From: Halarcobacter sp.
GTDB taxonomy: Bacteria > Campylobacterota > Campylobacteria > Campylobacterales > Arcobacteraceae
Length of the DNA: 64,000 nt
Assembly (NCBI GenBank): GCA_048571215.1
Contig: CP182352.1
Coordinates: 992,001 to 1,056,000, forward strand
Direction of reading: 5' to 3'
In this document: one piece after another, positions 29,329 through 39,314 of the stretch
Numbering within the stretch: the first letter of the stretch is position 1
How the letters are laid out: the number at the start of each line of letters is the position of its first letter
The notes under the pieces: generated by a model
Seen by the model: only the letters and a program-made list of their open reading frames with translations
Database searches by the model: none
What the model was told of the DNA's origin: nothing
Program-made: the position numbers and the translations under genes

Positions 29329-30113
29329 TTATCGATACCCATTGTCATCTTGACAACAGCCAATTTTATGAAGATGTAGACCTCGTAATAAACCGTGCCG
29401 TAGAAAATCAAGTTAAAGGTTTTTTAATTCCAGGTGCAGATTTAGTTGATTTACCAAGGGCTGTGAAGCTTGCTGAAAAATATGAAGAGGTATTTTTTTC
29501 AGTTGGAGTCCATCCTTATGATATTGATGGCTACGATGAAAAAATTATGCAAGAGTATATCAATCACCCTAAATGTATTGCAGTTGGAGAGTGCGGATTA
29601 GACTATTTTAGGCTTCCAGAAAATGAAGATGAAAAAAAAGAGAATATAAAAAAACAAAAAGAGGTTTTTATAGCTCAAGTTGAGTTTGCAAAAAAAGTTA
29701 ATAAACCTTTGATTGTCCATATAAGAGAAGCTTCAAATGATTCAAGACAGATACTTATAGATTATAATGCAAAAGAGGTTGGGGGAGTATTGCACTGTTT
29801 TAATGCAAGTGAACATCTACTTCCTTTAGCTGATCATAATTTTTATTTTGGAATAGGTGGAGTTTTGACTTTTAAAAATGCAAAGAAACTTGTAGAGATT
29901 CTTCCTAAAATTCCAAAAGAGAAACTTATCTTAGAAACTGATTGCCCATATTTAACTCCCCATCCACATAGAGGGAAAAGAAATGAACCTTTTTATACAA
30001 CATTTGTAGCTAAAAAAGTCTCTGAACTCTTAGAAATATCTGAAGAGGATGTTGAAGAACTTACTACTTTAAATGCACAAAAGTTATTTAAGCAGTTTTC
30101 TACCATAATTTAG
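29325..30113 (+). CDS. tatD: TatD-family nuclease; non-canonical ATA start
   Basis: The frame of ORF 29463 extends upstream to ATA ATT ATC GAT ACC CAT TGT CAT (xIIDTHCH); also GVHP, VGECGLDY, LHCF, LETDCPYL; AAAAGG RBS at 29311-29316. Confidence 0.88.
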   Translation: MIIDTHCHLDNSQFYEDVDLVINRAVENQVKGFLIPGADLVDLPRAVKLAEKYEEVFFSVGVHPYDIDGYDEKIMQEYINHPKCIAVGECGLDYFRLPENEDEKKENIKKQKEVFIAQVEFAKKVNKPLIVHIREASNDSRQILIDYNAKEVGGVLHCFNASEHLLPLADHNFYFGIGGVLTFKNAKKLVEILPKIPKEKLILETDCPYLTPHPHRGKRNEPFYTTFVAKKVSELLEISEEDVEELTTLNAQKLFKQFSTII

Positions 30114-30150
30114 ATAAAATCTTACCTATTTCATAAAATTAGGATTTTAT

Positions 30151-31554
30151 TTGAAGATAATTTTTTTATTTATAACTGTTTTTACATTGAACCTTTATGC
30201 TTCGCTTATAGGTTCAAGTTTCTCACAAAGAGATTTACAAATTTTGGAAGATCTAGATATCAATGCAGCTTTTATAACTGATTATAAACTTCAAGAGGTT
30301 TATCAGTATTTATCAAATCGAAAAAGTACAAATTATTATTTAGAAAAATATAATGATGCAACACTTTTTGTGCCAAGAATCAGAGATATCTTAAGACAAG
30401 AAAATATTCCTGACGTTTTTATATATATGGCTATGGCAGAATCATATTTTACAATAGATGCCAAATCAAGTGCAAGGGCAATAGGTCTTTGGCAGTTTAT
30501 GAATGGAACTGCAAAGATTTATGGGCTAAGAAATGATTTATATGTTGATGAGAGAATGGATTTAGTTAAATCAACATACGCTGCCACAAAATATCTTAAT
30601 AGATTACATGACTTATTTGGTAAATGGTATTTAGCAGCTATTGCTTATAATTGTGGTGAAGGTAGGGTAATAGAAGCTATTACTAGAGCTACAATTGATA
30701 TGTATGTTGCAAAATTTCCTAAAATGAAATATGATAAACAAATTAAAAAATATCGTAAAGTAATTAGTGATTATCAACATAGAAGAGTAAGGTTTAGTAA
30801 GTTATCAAAAATATATAGGGAAGTTAAAAAGTGGAATTTAAAACCTGATGTAGATTATCTACTAAGGGAGCAAAAAGGTTTAAACAGACAATATCTGCCA
30901 AGAGAGAGTAGAAAATATATAAGAAAGATAATCTCTCTTGCTATGTTAAACTCTCAAAACTTTATTAAACATGAAGATAATTCACATCTTTTAAATCTTG
31001 GCATCTCTACTACTGTTGCTACTATTCCTGTAAAAGGTGGAACTCATCTAAAAGATATAGCAAAAACTATAGGTATGGACTATAAAAAACTTTTAAAACT
31101 AAATAGCCATATTAAACAATCAATTATTCCGCCAAATGAAAAGTATTATACTATCAACATTCCATACAGTAGACTAAATAGATTTAATCAAAATAAAGAT
31201 AAAATTAAAACAACAAAATTTGCAATTCATGTGGTTCACAGAGGAGATACTCTTTATGGTATTTCAAAAAAATATAAAGTTCCTTATAAAGTTATAAAAA
31301 ATTATAATAAACTTAGAAGTAATAGATTATCATTAAGACAAAAGATTATTCTACCAATTCCTGAAGATATGATAAACAAATTTAGTTCAAATACAAAAAA
31401 ATCTAGAAATTCAAAAAGACATTATGTTGTAAAAAGTGGAGATTCTTTGTATTCAATTGCAAGAAAACATAAGATTGATATAAAAAAGATTATTAGAGAT
31501 AATAACTTAAAAGATACACAACTTAGAATTGGAGATAAACTTGTTATTAGATAA
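30151..31554 (+). CDS. MltD-like lytic transglycosylase with LysM domains
   Basis: AMAES...AIGLWQFM...AYNCGEG SLT motifs; VHRGDTL and VKSGDSL LysM repeats. Confidence 0.9.
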   Translation: MKIIFLFITVFTLNLYASLIGSSFSQRDLQILEDLDINAAFITDYKLQEVYQYLSNRKSTNYYLEKYNDATLFVPRIRDILRQENIPDVFIYMAMAESYFTIDAKSSARAIGLWQFMNGTAKIYGLRNDLYVDERMDLVKSTYAATKYLNRLHDLFGKWYLAAIAYNCGEGRVIEAITRATIDMYVAKFPKMKYDKQIKKYRKVISDYQHRRVRFSKLSKIYREVKKWNLKPDVDYLLREQKGLNRQYLPRESRKYIRKIISLAMLNSQNFIKHEDNSHLLNLGISTTVATIPVKGGTHLKDIAKTIGMDYKKLLKLNSHIKQSIIPPNEKYYTINIPYSRLNRFNQNKDKIKTTKFAIHVVHRGDTLYGISKKYKVPYKVIKNYNKLRSNRLSLRQKIILPIPEDMINKFSSNTKKSRNSKRHYVVKSGDSLYSIARKHKIDIKKIIRDNNLKDTQLRIGDKLVIR

Positions 31555-32344
31555 AAAACTTAGATATTCATATATATTATTACCTTTAGTTGCTTCTTTA
31601 TTTGTTGGATGTTCATCAAAAACAACAGTTCCTTATTCTGGTAATTATGGTGGTGGATATAAAAGTATTCCAAGTCAAAATATAAAAAATTCTAAAGCGA
31701 TGCATAGGGCAACAATGAGACCTTATAAGATTGCAGGTAAATGGTATTATCCAACTTTAGCAAAAGTTGGTGATGAACAAAGAGGGATTGCTTCTTGGTA
31801 TGGACCAAACTTTCATTCAAAAAAGACTTCAAATGGGGAAATATATAATATGTATGCCATGACAGCTGCACACAAAACCCTTCCTATGAATACTATGGTA
31901 AAAGTTGATAATTTAGAAAATGGAAAGTCTGTAGTAGTTAGGGTAAATGATAGGGGACCTTTTGTTAGTGGAAGGATAATTGACCTTTCTAATAAAGCTG
32001 CCCATTCAATAGATATGGTTAAAAAAGGTACAGCAAAAGTTAGACTTACTGTACTTGGTTTCCATGCAAAAATTGCAAAAACAAAAGTTGAAAAACAAGA
32101 AGTTGCAACTGTTGGTAAGTATTATGTTCAAGTTGGAGCCTTTAGAAGATATGAGGGTGCTAAAATAACACAAAGAAAATTTGAAATGATATTAGATAGT
32201 AGGTATAATGTGGTTATTAAAGAGGGTATTTATTTAAATAAACCTATAAATAGGGTTTGGGTTGCAGGATTTAGATCTGAAGAGGAAGCAAAAGATTTCA
32301 AATCTAAAAATGGATTAAATAGTGCTATGATTATTGCAGAATAG
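31541..32344 (+). CDS. rlpA: RlpA septal lytic transglycosylase lipoprotein with SPOR domain
   Basis: Lipobox [39 protein letters not shown] 31541 follows GGAG. Confidence 0.92.
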   Translation: MLLDKKLRYSYILLPLVASLFVGCSSKTTVPYSGNYGGGYKSIPSQNIKNSKAMHRATMRPYKIAGKWYYPTLAKVGDEQRGIASWYGPNFHSKKTSNGEIYNMYAMTAAHKTLPMNTMVKVDNLENGKSVVVRVNDRGPFVSGRIIDLSNKAAHSIDMVKKGTAKVRLTVLGFHAKIAKTKVEKQEVATVGKYYVQVGAFRRYEGAKITQRKFEMILDSRYNVVIKEGIYLNKPINRVWVAGFRSEEEAKDFKSKNGLNSAMIIAE

Positions 32345-32352
32345 GAAAATTT

Positions 32353-32925
32353 ATGGCTGAGATTAATAGAAAAACAAAAGAAACAGATATTAAATGTAAA
32401 GTTGATATTTATGGAGATGGTACTTCAAGTATAGATACTGGAATTGGTTTTTTTGACCATATGTTAGAAGCTTTATCTAAACATAGTGGAATAGATATAA
32501 GTTTAGAATGTAAAGGTGATTTGCATATAGATTTTCATCATAGTGTAGAAGATTGTGGAATTGTATTAGGAAAAGCACTAAAAGAGGAGATTTTCCCAAT
32601 ACAAAAAGTTGAAAGATATGGAAATGCAACTGTAGTTATGGATGAAGCAGCTACAACTTGTGCCCTTGATTTATCAAATAGACCTTTTTTGATATATAAA
32701 ATAAATGTTAGTGGAAAAGTAGGGGAGTTTGATACTGAATTAGTTGAAGAATTTTTTAATGCTCTTGTTATGAATTCAGGTATCACTTGCCATCTAATTC
32801 AAGATAGAGGTAGAAACAAACATCATATTATTGAAGCTAGTTTTAAAGCCTTTGCCGTTGCATTAAGAAGAGCGTTAGTTAAAAATGAGAAGTTAGGAAT
32901 ACCAAGTACTAAAGGTGTGTTATGA
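32353..32925 (+). CDS. hisB: Imidazoleglycerol-phosphate dehydratase
   Basis: RKTKET, GFFDHML, DFHHSVED, NKHHIIEA, PSTKGVL. Confidence 0.97.
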   Translation: MAEINRKTKETDIKCKVDIYGDGTSSIDTGIGFFDHMLEALSKHSGIDISLECKGDLHIDFHHSVEDCGIVLGKALKEEIFPIQKVERYGNATVVMDEAATTCALDLSNRPFLIYKINVSGKVGEFDTELVEEFFNALVMNSGITCHLIQDRGRNKHHIIEASFKAFAVALRRALVKNEKLGIPSTKGVL

Positions 32926-33419
32926 TCGAATTAATTGTACTTGATGTGGATGGTACCTTAACAAATGGACAAATAACATATACGAATAGTGGAGATGAGA
33001 TAAAATCATTTGATGTGGCAGATGGTTTATCTGTAGCAACATGGACTAAAAAGTTAGGTAAAAAAGCTGCAATTATAACAGGTAGAAACTCTTTAATAGT
33101 AAAAAGAAGAGCAGAAGACTTAAATATAAAGCACCTTTATCAAGGTGTACATAATAAAGATGAAGTTTTAGAATCTATTTTAAAAGAGGAAAATCTTTCT
33201 TGGAATCAAGTTGCAGCTATTGGTGATGATTTAAATGATTACAAGATGCTAAAAAAAGCTGGTTTATCATTTACTCCAGCTAATGGTTCATCTTATATAA
33301 AAGAGATAGTAAATGTTCAGTGTAAAAATTATGGTGGAAGTGGTGCTGTAAGGGAGATGATTGAATATATCATAAAAGAAGATGGAATTGAAGAGGATTA
33401 TTTAAACGCATGGTTATAA
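32922..33419 (+). CDS. kdsC: KDO 8-phosphate phosphatase (HAD family)
   Basis: LDVDGTLT, IITGR, IGDDLND, GGSGAVRE; upstream of lptC/lptA. Confidence 0.92.
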   Translation: MIELIVLDVDGTLTNGQITYTNSGDEIKSFDVADGLSVATWTKKLGKKAAIITGRNSLIVKRRAEDLNIKHLYQGVHNKDEVLESILKEENLSWNQVAAIGDDLNDYKMLKKAGLSFTPANGSSYIKEIVNVQCKNYGGSGAVREMIEYIIKEDGIEEDYLNAWL

Positions 33420-33934
33420 GAATCTTTTTTTTGGGTATGCTATTCCTAGCTACTTTAAGTTATTTTATACCAGTAAATAATAAAAAAGTAGATGATAATA
33501 TAGATGATATAGCACTTTTAACTTTTGATGATGCTACAATGTATACTCTAACAACTGAAAGTATGAATAGAATAATCTATACAAAAAAAGCTGTTAGATA
33601 TAAAACAAAAGATATGATGTATGATGGAGCTTTAACTTTAAAAAGTAAAGATAAAGCTAATAATCAAATCACAGATGTTTTATATGCAGATTTGATTATA
33701 AAAAGAGGTGATAACTTCAAATTTATAAATAATGTTAAATATAAAAGAGATGATTATATAACTTTATATACTAATGAATTAGTATATAATGCTAAAAATA
33801 AAATAGCAACAAATAGTGTTCCTTTTAATGGAACCTATTACAATAATAGTTTAAGTGGTGAAAAAATTTATCTAAATTTAAATAAATATCATTTAAAAGC
33901 AGATAATACCCATTTTGAAATAAATATTAAATAG
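33410..33934 (+). CDS. lptC: LPS export protein LptC-like
   Basis: N-terminal membrane anchor then beta-rich region; kdsC-lptC-lptA order. Confidence 0.7.
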   Translation: MVIRIFFLGMLFLATLSYFIPVNNKKVDDNIDDIALLTFDDATMYTLTTESMNRIIYTKKAVRYKTKDMMYDGALTLKSKDKANNQITDVLYADLIIKRGDNFKFINNVKYKRDDYITLYTNELVYNAKNKIATNSVPFNGTYYNNSLSGEKIYLNLNKYHLKADNTHFEINIK

Positions 33935-33946
33935 ATGAGGAAATAG

Positions 33947-34435
33947 ATGAAATATATATTAGCTTTAGCTTTTTTTATATCTTTAAGTTTTGCACAACAA
34001 GAAAAACTTGTAATTGATGCAAATAGTTTTGAAGCAGATGATAAAAGAGGTATCTCGGTATTTACTGGTAATGTAAAATTAAAAATGGGTAATGATAGAT
34101 TAAATGCCAACAAGTTAGAGATATATGTGGACACAAAAAGTAAATCAAAATCAAAAACTCCTACAAAATATATTGCAACAGGTGCTGTTGACTTTGAGAT
34201 TCATTCAAAAGGAAAAATATTTATTGGAAATGGAAATAGAGTAATATATAACCCAAGTAAACAAGAATATACAGTTATTGGTAAAGGTTATATAAAAGAA
34301 AAAGTTGAACAAAGAGAAATCTATGCAGATAAAATATTTATAAATCAGTTAACAGGTAGTGCAAGGGTTAGTGGTAGTGAAGATAAACCTGTTAGATTTA
34401 TTTTAAATATTGACAATAGTGGAAAACAACAATGA
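33947..34435 (+). CDS. lptA: LPS transport periplasmic protein LptA
   Basis: Signal peptide; IDAN..FTGNV..A.GAV, RV.G..KPVRFI OstA-like pattern. Confidence 0.85.
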   Translation: MKYILALAFFISLSFAQQEKLVIDANSFEADDKRGISVFTGNVKLKMGNDRLNANKLEIYVDTKSKSKSKTPTKYIATGAVDFEIHSKGKIFIGNGNRVIYNPSKQEYTVIGKGYIKEKVEQREIYADKIFINQLTGSARVSGSEDKPVRFILNIDNSGKQQ

Positions 34436-35034
34436 AAATAGTTGATGCTAAGTTTTTAACTTCTGCTCAAAGTATAAGTGATTCTCCCAGTCCTGATTGT
34501 GCAGAAGTTGCTTTTTTAGGTAGAAGTAATGTTGGTAAATCTTCATTATTGAATACTTTAACAAATAGAAAAGGTTTAGCAAAATCCTCATCAACTCCAG
34601 GGAAAACCCAATTGATAAACTATTTTGATATAAAATTTAAAACAACAAATGAAGAAACACCATATCTTTTTTCAAGATTTGTTGATTTACCTGGATTTGG
34701 ATATGCTAAAGTTTCTAAAAGTTTAAAAAAAGAGTGGAATAGAAACTTAACTGAGTATTTAGAGCAAAGACCAAACTTACAAATCTTTGTACACTTAATA
34801 GATGCCAGACATCCACAACTAGAGATTGATAAAAATGTAGATATGTTTTTAGATAGTATAAAAAGGGGTGATCAGATTATTTTACATGCTTTTACAAAAA
34901 CTGATAAGTTAAAGCAAAATGATTTGGCAAAATTAAAAAGGGAATATCCAGAAGGGATATTTGTATCTAACCTTAAAAAAAGAGGTTTGGACCAACTTCA
35001 AAATAGAATTACAGGATATTTATTTGGAAATTAA
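34432..35034 (+). CDS. engB: Ribosome biogenesis GTPase EngB/YihA
   Basis: GRSNVGKSS, TPGKT, DLPGFG, TKTDK. Confidence 0.95.
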   Translation: MKIVDAKFLTSAQSISDSPSPDCAEVAFLGRSNVGKSSLLNTLTNRKGLAKSSSTPGKTQLINYFDIKFKTTNEETPYLFSRFVDLPGFGYAKVSKSLKKEWNRNLTEYLEQRPNLQIFVHLIDARHPQLEIDKNVDMFLDSIKRGDQIILHAFTKTDKLKQNDLAKLKREYPEGIFVSNLKKRGLDQLQNRITGYLFGN

Positions 35035-35485
35035 TTTTTTTAAACCAGATGTAAGTCATATTATAGCAATGCAAGCACTAGTAAAAGAAGAGGTTGATAA
35101 TGGAACTATTCTTTTACGAACAGAAGATGAAATGGCTAATACTATTAGATCATATACTGTAGTTGAAGTGGATGGTGAACTAGCAGGATTTACTGCACTT
35201 CATATCCATTCAATTAGGTTATCAGAGGTAAGAAGTTTAGTTGTCTCAAAAAAATTTAGAGGCTTAAACTTAGGTAGAAAATTGGTTGAAGCTTGTATAA
35301 CAGAGGGGAAAAAACTTCAATTACAACAGATTTTGTCTTTAACCTATCAAAGAGAGTTCTTTTTGAAATTAGGTTTTAAAGAGATTGAAAAAGAGAATAT
35401 ACCTGAACATAAAATTTGGGCAGACTGTATTCGATGTAAACATTTCCCTATATGTGATGAAATTGCAATGGTTTATGATTTGTAA
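35024..35485 (+). CDS. GNAT acetyltransferase, short ArgA-type N-acetylglutamate synthase-like
   Basis: LSEVRSLVV..FRGLNLG, LSLTYQREFF, KIWADCIRC..FPICDE; TTG 35024 follows AGGA. Confidence 0.8.
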   Translation: MEINFFKPDVSHIIAMQALVKEEVDNGTILLRTEDEMANTIRSYTVVEVDGELAGFTALHIHSIRLSEVRSLVVSKKFRGLNLGRKLVEACITEGKKLQLQQILSLTYQREFFLKLGFKEIEKENIPEHKIWADCIRCKHFPICDEIAMVYDL

Positions 35486-37640
35486 AAATATAGTATTATA
35501 TTTTTTACTATCAACAATAATACTCACAAACTCTACAGCAGATAATAGTATTGAGCAAAAAAATGAGACCATTACACAAGAATATAAAACAAAAATTGTA
35601 AGTTTAAGCCCTGAAGAGAGAGCCTTTCTAATAAAAACAAAACTTAATTGTGTAATCTCTTCTGATTGGAATCCTTTTAATTTTAAAGAGAATGGAAAAC
35701 TAGTTGGAATCTCTCTTGATTATTGGAATTTAATAAAGAAAAAAACTTTAATTGATTCTGATTGTAAAGAGGTTTCATCTTTCGATAAAGCAGTTAATTT
35801 AATCAAAAATAAAAAAGCTGATGTTACTTTATCAATAGCTGTATCAGAAGATAAAGTAGAATATGGACTTTTTTCTCTCCCTTATGCTTCATATCCAATT
35901 GCTATAGCAACAACAAGTGATAAAAGATATATAAGTGATATAACTATTTTAAATGGAAAAAAAATTGCAGTTGGAAAATCTTATAATACATATACAATCT
36001 TAAAAAACAAATATCCCAAAATCAATTTTTTCCAATATTCAAATAATGTAGAAGCTTTAAAGGCTTTAAGTAAAGGTGATGTTTTTGCAGTTATTGATAT
36101 ATTGCCAGCTTTATCACAAGTTATCTCAGATAGTGGATTTAAAAATATTAAAATCTCTGGTACAACAGAGTTTAACTTTGATATTAGAGTTATGGTAAGA
36201 AGAGACTATGAAGTATTAATGCCAATTATTAACAAAGGAATTTTATCTATTAGTAAAGAAGAGATGAAAAAAATAAAAAATAGATGGTTTTCTGTAAAAG
36301 TTGAAAAGCTTGTACATTTCCAATATTTATGGGAAGTAGTTTCAGTTATAGCATCTTTTCTTTTTATTCTTTTTTATAGACAACTGATATTAAATAAACA
36401 CAATAAAAAGTTGCAATTAGCAAATGAAGAGATTGAAAAAAAGAGTTTTGAACTACAAAAAAAGACGCAAGAGTTAGTAAAACAAAAGATTTTATTTGAA
36501 AAAATTTATTATGAATCTACAGATGGAATTATTCTTGTAAAAGCTGATGATATATCGGTGTTAGATTGTAATAACTCCGCTTATAAACTTTTATCGTATA
36601 CAAGTAAAACAGAGTTTCTTATAGAAGAGTTTTTTAATTTTTTTCCAGAGTATCAACCAAATGGTTTTAAATCTAAGGCAAAATTTATAGAGATGATTCA
36701 AATAGCTGTTAAAACAGGTTCCTATCTTTTTGAATGGGTTCATAAAACAAAAGCTGGTACAAATATATGGATAGAGGTTGTTATTACAGCTATTAATATA
36801 AACCATGAGTCTATTTTACATATTGTTTGGAGAAATATAGATAATAGAAAGAAAATTGAGAATGAATTAAATAATTTAACTCATACCTTAGAAGATAGAG
36901 TTAAAAGTGAGATTAAGAAAAATGAAGAGAAAACCAATCAACTAATGCAACAATCAAGGCTTGCTCAAATGGGGGAGATGATATCTATGATTGCCCACCA
37001 GTGGAGACAACCTCTAACAGCTATCTCTGCAACAGCAAATAATATGTTGATTAGGTTTATGTTAGATGAAAAAATAAAAAAAGAGGTGATAGAAAAGGAG
37101 CTAACACGTATCTCTGAATATTCTCAACATCTATCTTCAACAATTGATGATTTTAGAAACTTCTTCAAAAGTGATAGAAAAAAAGTTAAAATTGCTATTG
37201 ATACAATCATTGAAAACTCTTTATCTATTTTAAGTAATTCTTTAATCTCAAATGATATCAAAATAAAAAGAGATTATAGATGTAATAAGTTGATAAATCT
37301 TAACCCTACAGAGATAAATCAAGTTATATTAAATATAATAAAAAATGCAGAAGATACCATAATAGAAAGAAAAATCCAAGCTGGAAAAATTGAAATAAAA
37401 ACTTTTAACGATGAAGATAATGTTTATATTGAAATTTCAGATAATGCTATGGGAATAGAGGATGATATTATTGAAAAAATCTTTGATCCATATTTTTCAA
37501 CAAAACTTTCAAAAGATGGTACTGGATTGGGATTGTATATGAGTAAGATTATAATAAATGATCACTGCCAAGGTAATTTGTATGTTGAAAATATAGAAAA
37601 TGGAGCTGTTTTTAAAATTATACTACCAATATCTAATTAG
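35475..37640 (+). CDS. Sensor histidine kinase (periplasmic solute-binding domain, TM, PAS, HisKA/HATPase)
   Basis: DWNPFNF...GISLDY PBP domain; IAHQWRQPL H-box; NIIKNA, DNAMGI, GTGLGL; start refined to ATG 35475. Confidence 0.9.
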   Translation: MICKNIVLYFLLSTIILTNSTADNSIEQKNETITQEYKTKIVSLSPEERAFLIKTKLNCVISSDWNPFNFKENGKLVGISLDYWNLIKKKTLIDSDCKEVSSFDKAVNLIKNKKADVTLSIAVSEDKVEYGLFSLPYASYPIAIATTSDKRYISDITILNGKKIAVGKSYNTYTILKNKYPKINFFQYSNNVEALKALSKGDVFAVIDILPALSQVISDSGFKNIKISGTTEFNFDIRVMVRRDYEVLMPIINKGILSISKEEMKKIKNRWFSVKVEKLVHFQYLWEVVSVIASFLFILFYRQLILNKHNKKLQLANEEIEKKSFELQKKTQELVKQKILFEKIYYESTDGIILVKADDISVLDCNNSAYKLLSYTSKTEFLIEEFFNFFPEYQPNGFKSKAKFIEMIQIAVKTGSYLFEWVHKTKAGTNIWIEVVITAININHESILHIVWRNIDNRKKIENELNNLTHTLEDRVKSEIKKNEEKTNQLMQQSRLAQMGEMISMIAHQWRQPLTAISATANNMLIRFMLDEKIKKEVIEKELTRISEYSQHLSSTIDDFRNFFKSDRKKVKIAIDTIIENSLSILSNSLISNDIKIKRDYRCNKLINLNPTEINQVILNIIKNAEDTIIERKIQAGKIEIKTFNDEDNVYIEISDNAMGIEDDIIEKIFDPYFSTKLSKDGTGLGLYMSKIIINDHCQGNLYVENIENGAVFKIILPISN

Positions 37641-39306
37641 ATATTGGTTTTTTTAACAATTTTTTTATTTGATTTTTTATAATTACTGGCACAAAAAACA
37701 TAGAAACTACATATGATATTAAGGTTCCACCAATTAATGCAACTCCAAGTCCTCCAAATACTGCATCTGTTGCTAGTAAAGAAGAAGCAAATACCATAGT
37801 TAGAACTGTTAAAATAATAGGTTTTGATCTAGTTGCTGTAGCTTTTGCAATAGCCTCATTTATACCCATATTTTTCTCTTCTATTAACTGTTTTGTAAAA
37901 TCAATAATAAGAGTAGAGTTTCTTGAGTTTATTCCAATTAAGCCTATAAATCCTATCAAAGATGTTGCTGTTAGGTAAAAGGTATCTGTAGTAAATATAT
38001 CCATAATTAAGTGAGCAAATATTACTCCAATAATGGAGATAAAACTAGATAATACAATTCCCCCTGAAATAGCAAAACTTTTATAATATATAACCATTAA
38101 AAAGAATATTAGAACCAGTGCAATTATAAAAGCACCACCCAAATCTATAAAGGTGTCAATTGTTACTTTTAACTCTCCATCCCAAACTAGTTTAAATTTT
38201 TCTTTAGTATTTTTATTTATAAACTCTAGATTTAACATATTAGATTTTACTACTTTATAATTCTTGTCAAAGTACTTAAGCATTTGATTTCTTGCATCAA
38301 GAAGAGGGTATATTTGACTATCTTTATTTGTTTCTGCTATCACATTAATCATTGGTGTAAGATTTTTTGAGGTCAATGTTGGTTCTTTAATACTCTCTTG
38401 TACTGTTACAAGTTCATTTAAAGGTACCATTAGTCCAGATTTATTCATAACTTTTAGTGTAGAAAGTTTATTGATAATAGATTTTTTATCATTTGCTTCA
38501 AAAATTCTATTTTTATCTAATCTCAAAAATATTGGTACTTGGTTTTGTGTATCATTTTCATTTACAGCTGCTATTTCCATCCCATTGTATGCCATAAAAA
38601 GGATATTTTTTACTTGCTGTATTGAGAGATTACTTTTTATGATTTTATTGTTATCTAATTTTATCTCAAACTTTTTTTCCTTATCATCTGCAAGGGTATC
38701 CACATCTACTAAACTTTTTTGCTCTTTTAAAATAGCTTCAATTTTTTTTGCAAATTCTCGTCTTGATTCAAAACTATTACCACCATAAATCTCTGCAACT
38801 ATTGAAGCCAAAACAGGAGGACCTGCAGGTAATTCAATAAGTTTAATATTGGCATCATGCATACTACAACTGCTTTGAAGTTGATCTCTTATAGAGCTTA
38901 CAAAGTTATAACTTCTTATATCTCTGTTGTGAGATTTTTTTATGTTTACCATAATCTCAGCTTGAGATTCTTTATCTTTTAATGCACTTTGTTTAACCAA
39001 ACCAGCAAAATCAAGGGGTTGACCTTGAGCTAAGAAAACAGATACATCTTCAACTAACTCTTTTTTTATCAAAATCTTAGAGATACACGATGTTACCTCT
39101 TTTGTTTGTGCAACAGAGGAACCATCTTTTAAATCCACATAAACAGAAAAAGTATCTGAATCTTTACTTGGTAACATCTTCGCTTTCACAATCTCAGTTG
39201 GAAAGCTTATAATTGATAATATAAATAATCCTAAGGTTATCAAATAAACAAAGAGTGATTTAGAAGGATTTTCTAAAATATTGTAAATAAACTTTTCTAA
39301 TTTCAT
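37633..39306 (-). CDS. RND efflux permease, C-terminal half
   Basis: MLPSKD, PAGPP, GFIGLIGINSRNS, RSKPIILT; own AAGGA RBS. Confidence 0.88.
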   Translation of the reverse strand: MKLEKFIYNILENPSKSLFVYLITLGLFILSIISFPTEIVKAKMLPSKDSDTFSVYVDLKDGSSVAQTKEVTSCISKILIKKELVEDVSVFLAQGQPLDFAGLVKQSALKDKESQAEIMVNIKKSHNRDIRSYNFVSSIRDQLQSSCSMHDANIKLIELPAGPPVLASIVAEIYGGNSFESRREFAKKIEAILKEQKSLVDVDTLADDKEKKFEIKLDNNKIIKSNLSIQQVKNILFMAYNGMEIAAVNENDTQNQVPIFLRLDKNRIFEANDKKSIINKLSTLKVMNKSGLMVPLNELVTVQESIKEPTLTSKNLTPMINVIAETNKDSQIYPLLDARNQMLKYFDKNYKVVKSNMLNLEFINKNTKEKFKLVWDGELKVTIDTFIDLGGAFIIALVLIFFLMVIYYKSFAISGGIVLSSFISIIGVIFAHLIMDIFTTDTFYLTATSLIGFIGLIGINSRNSTLIIDFTKQLIEEKNMGINEAIAKATATRSKPIILTVLTMVFASSLLATDAVFGGLGVALIGGTLISYVVSMFFVPVIIKNQIKKLLKKPISN

Positions 39307-39314
39307 TTTAATCC

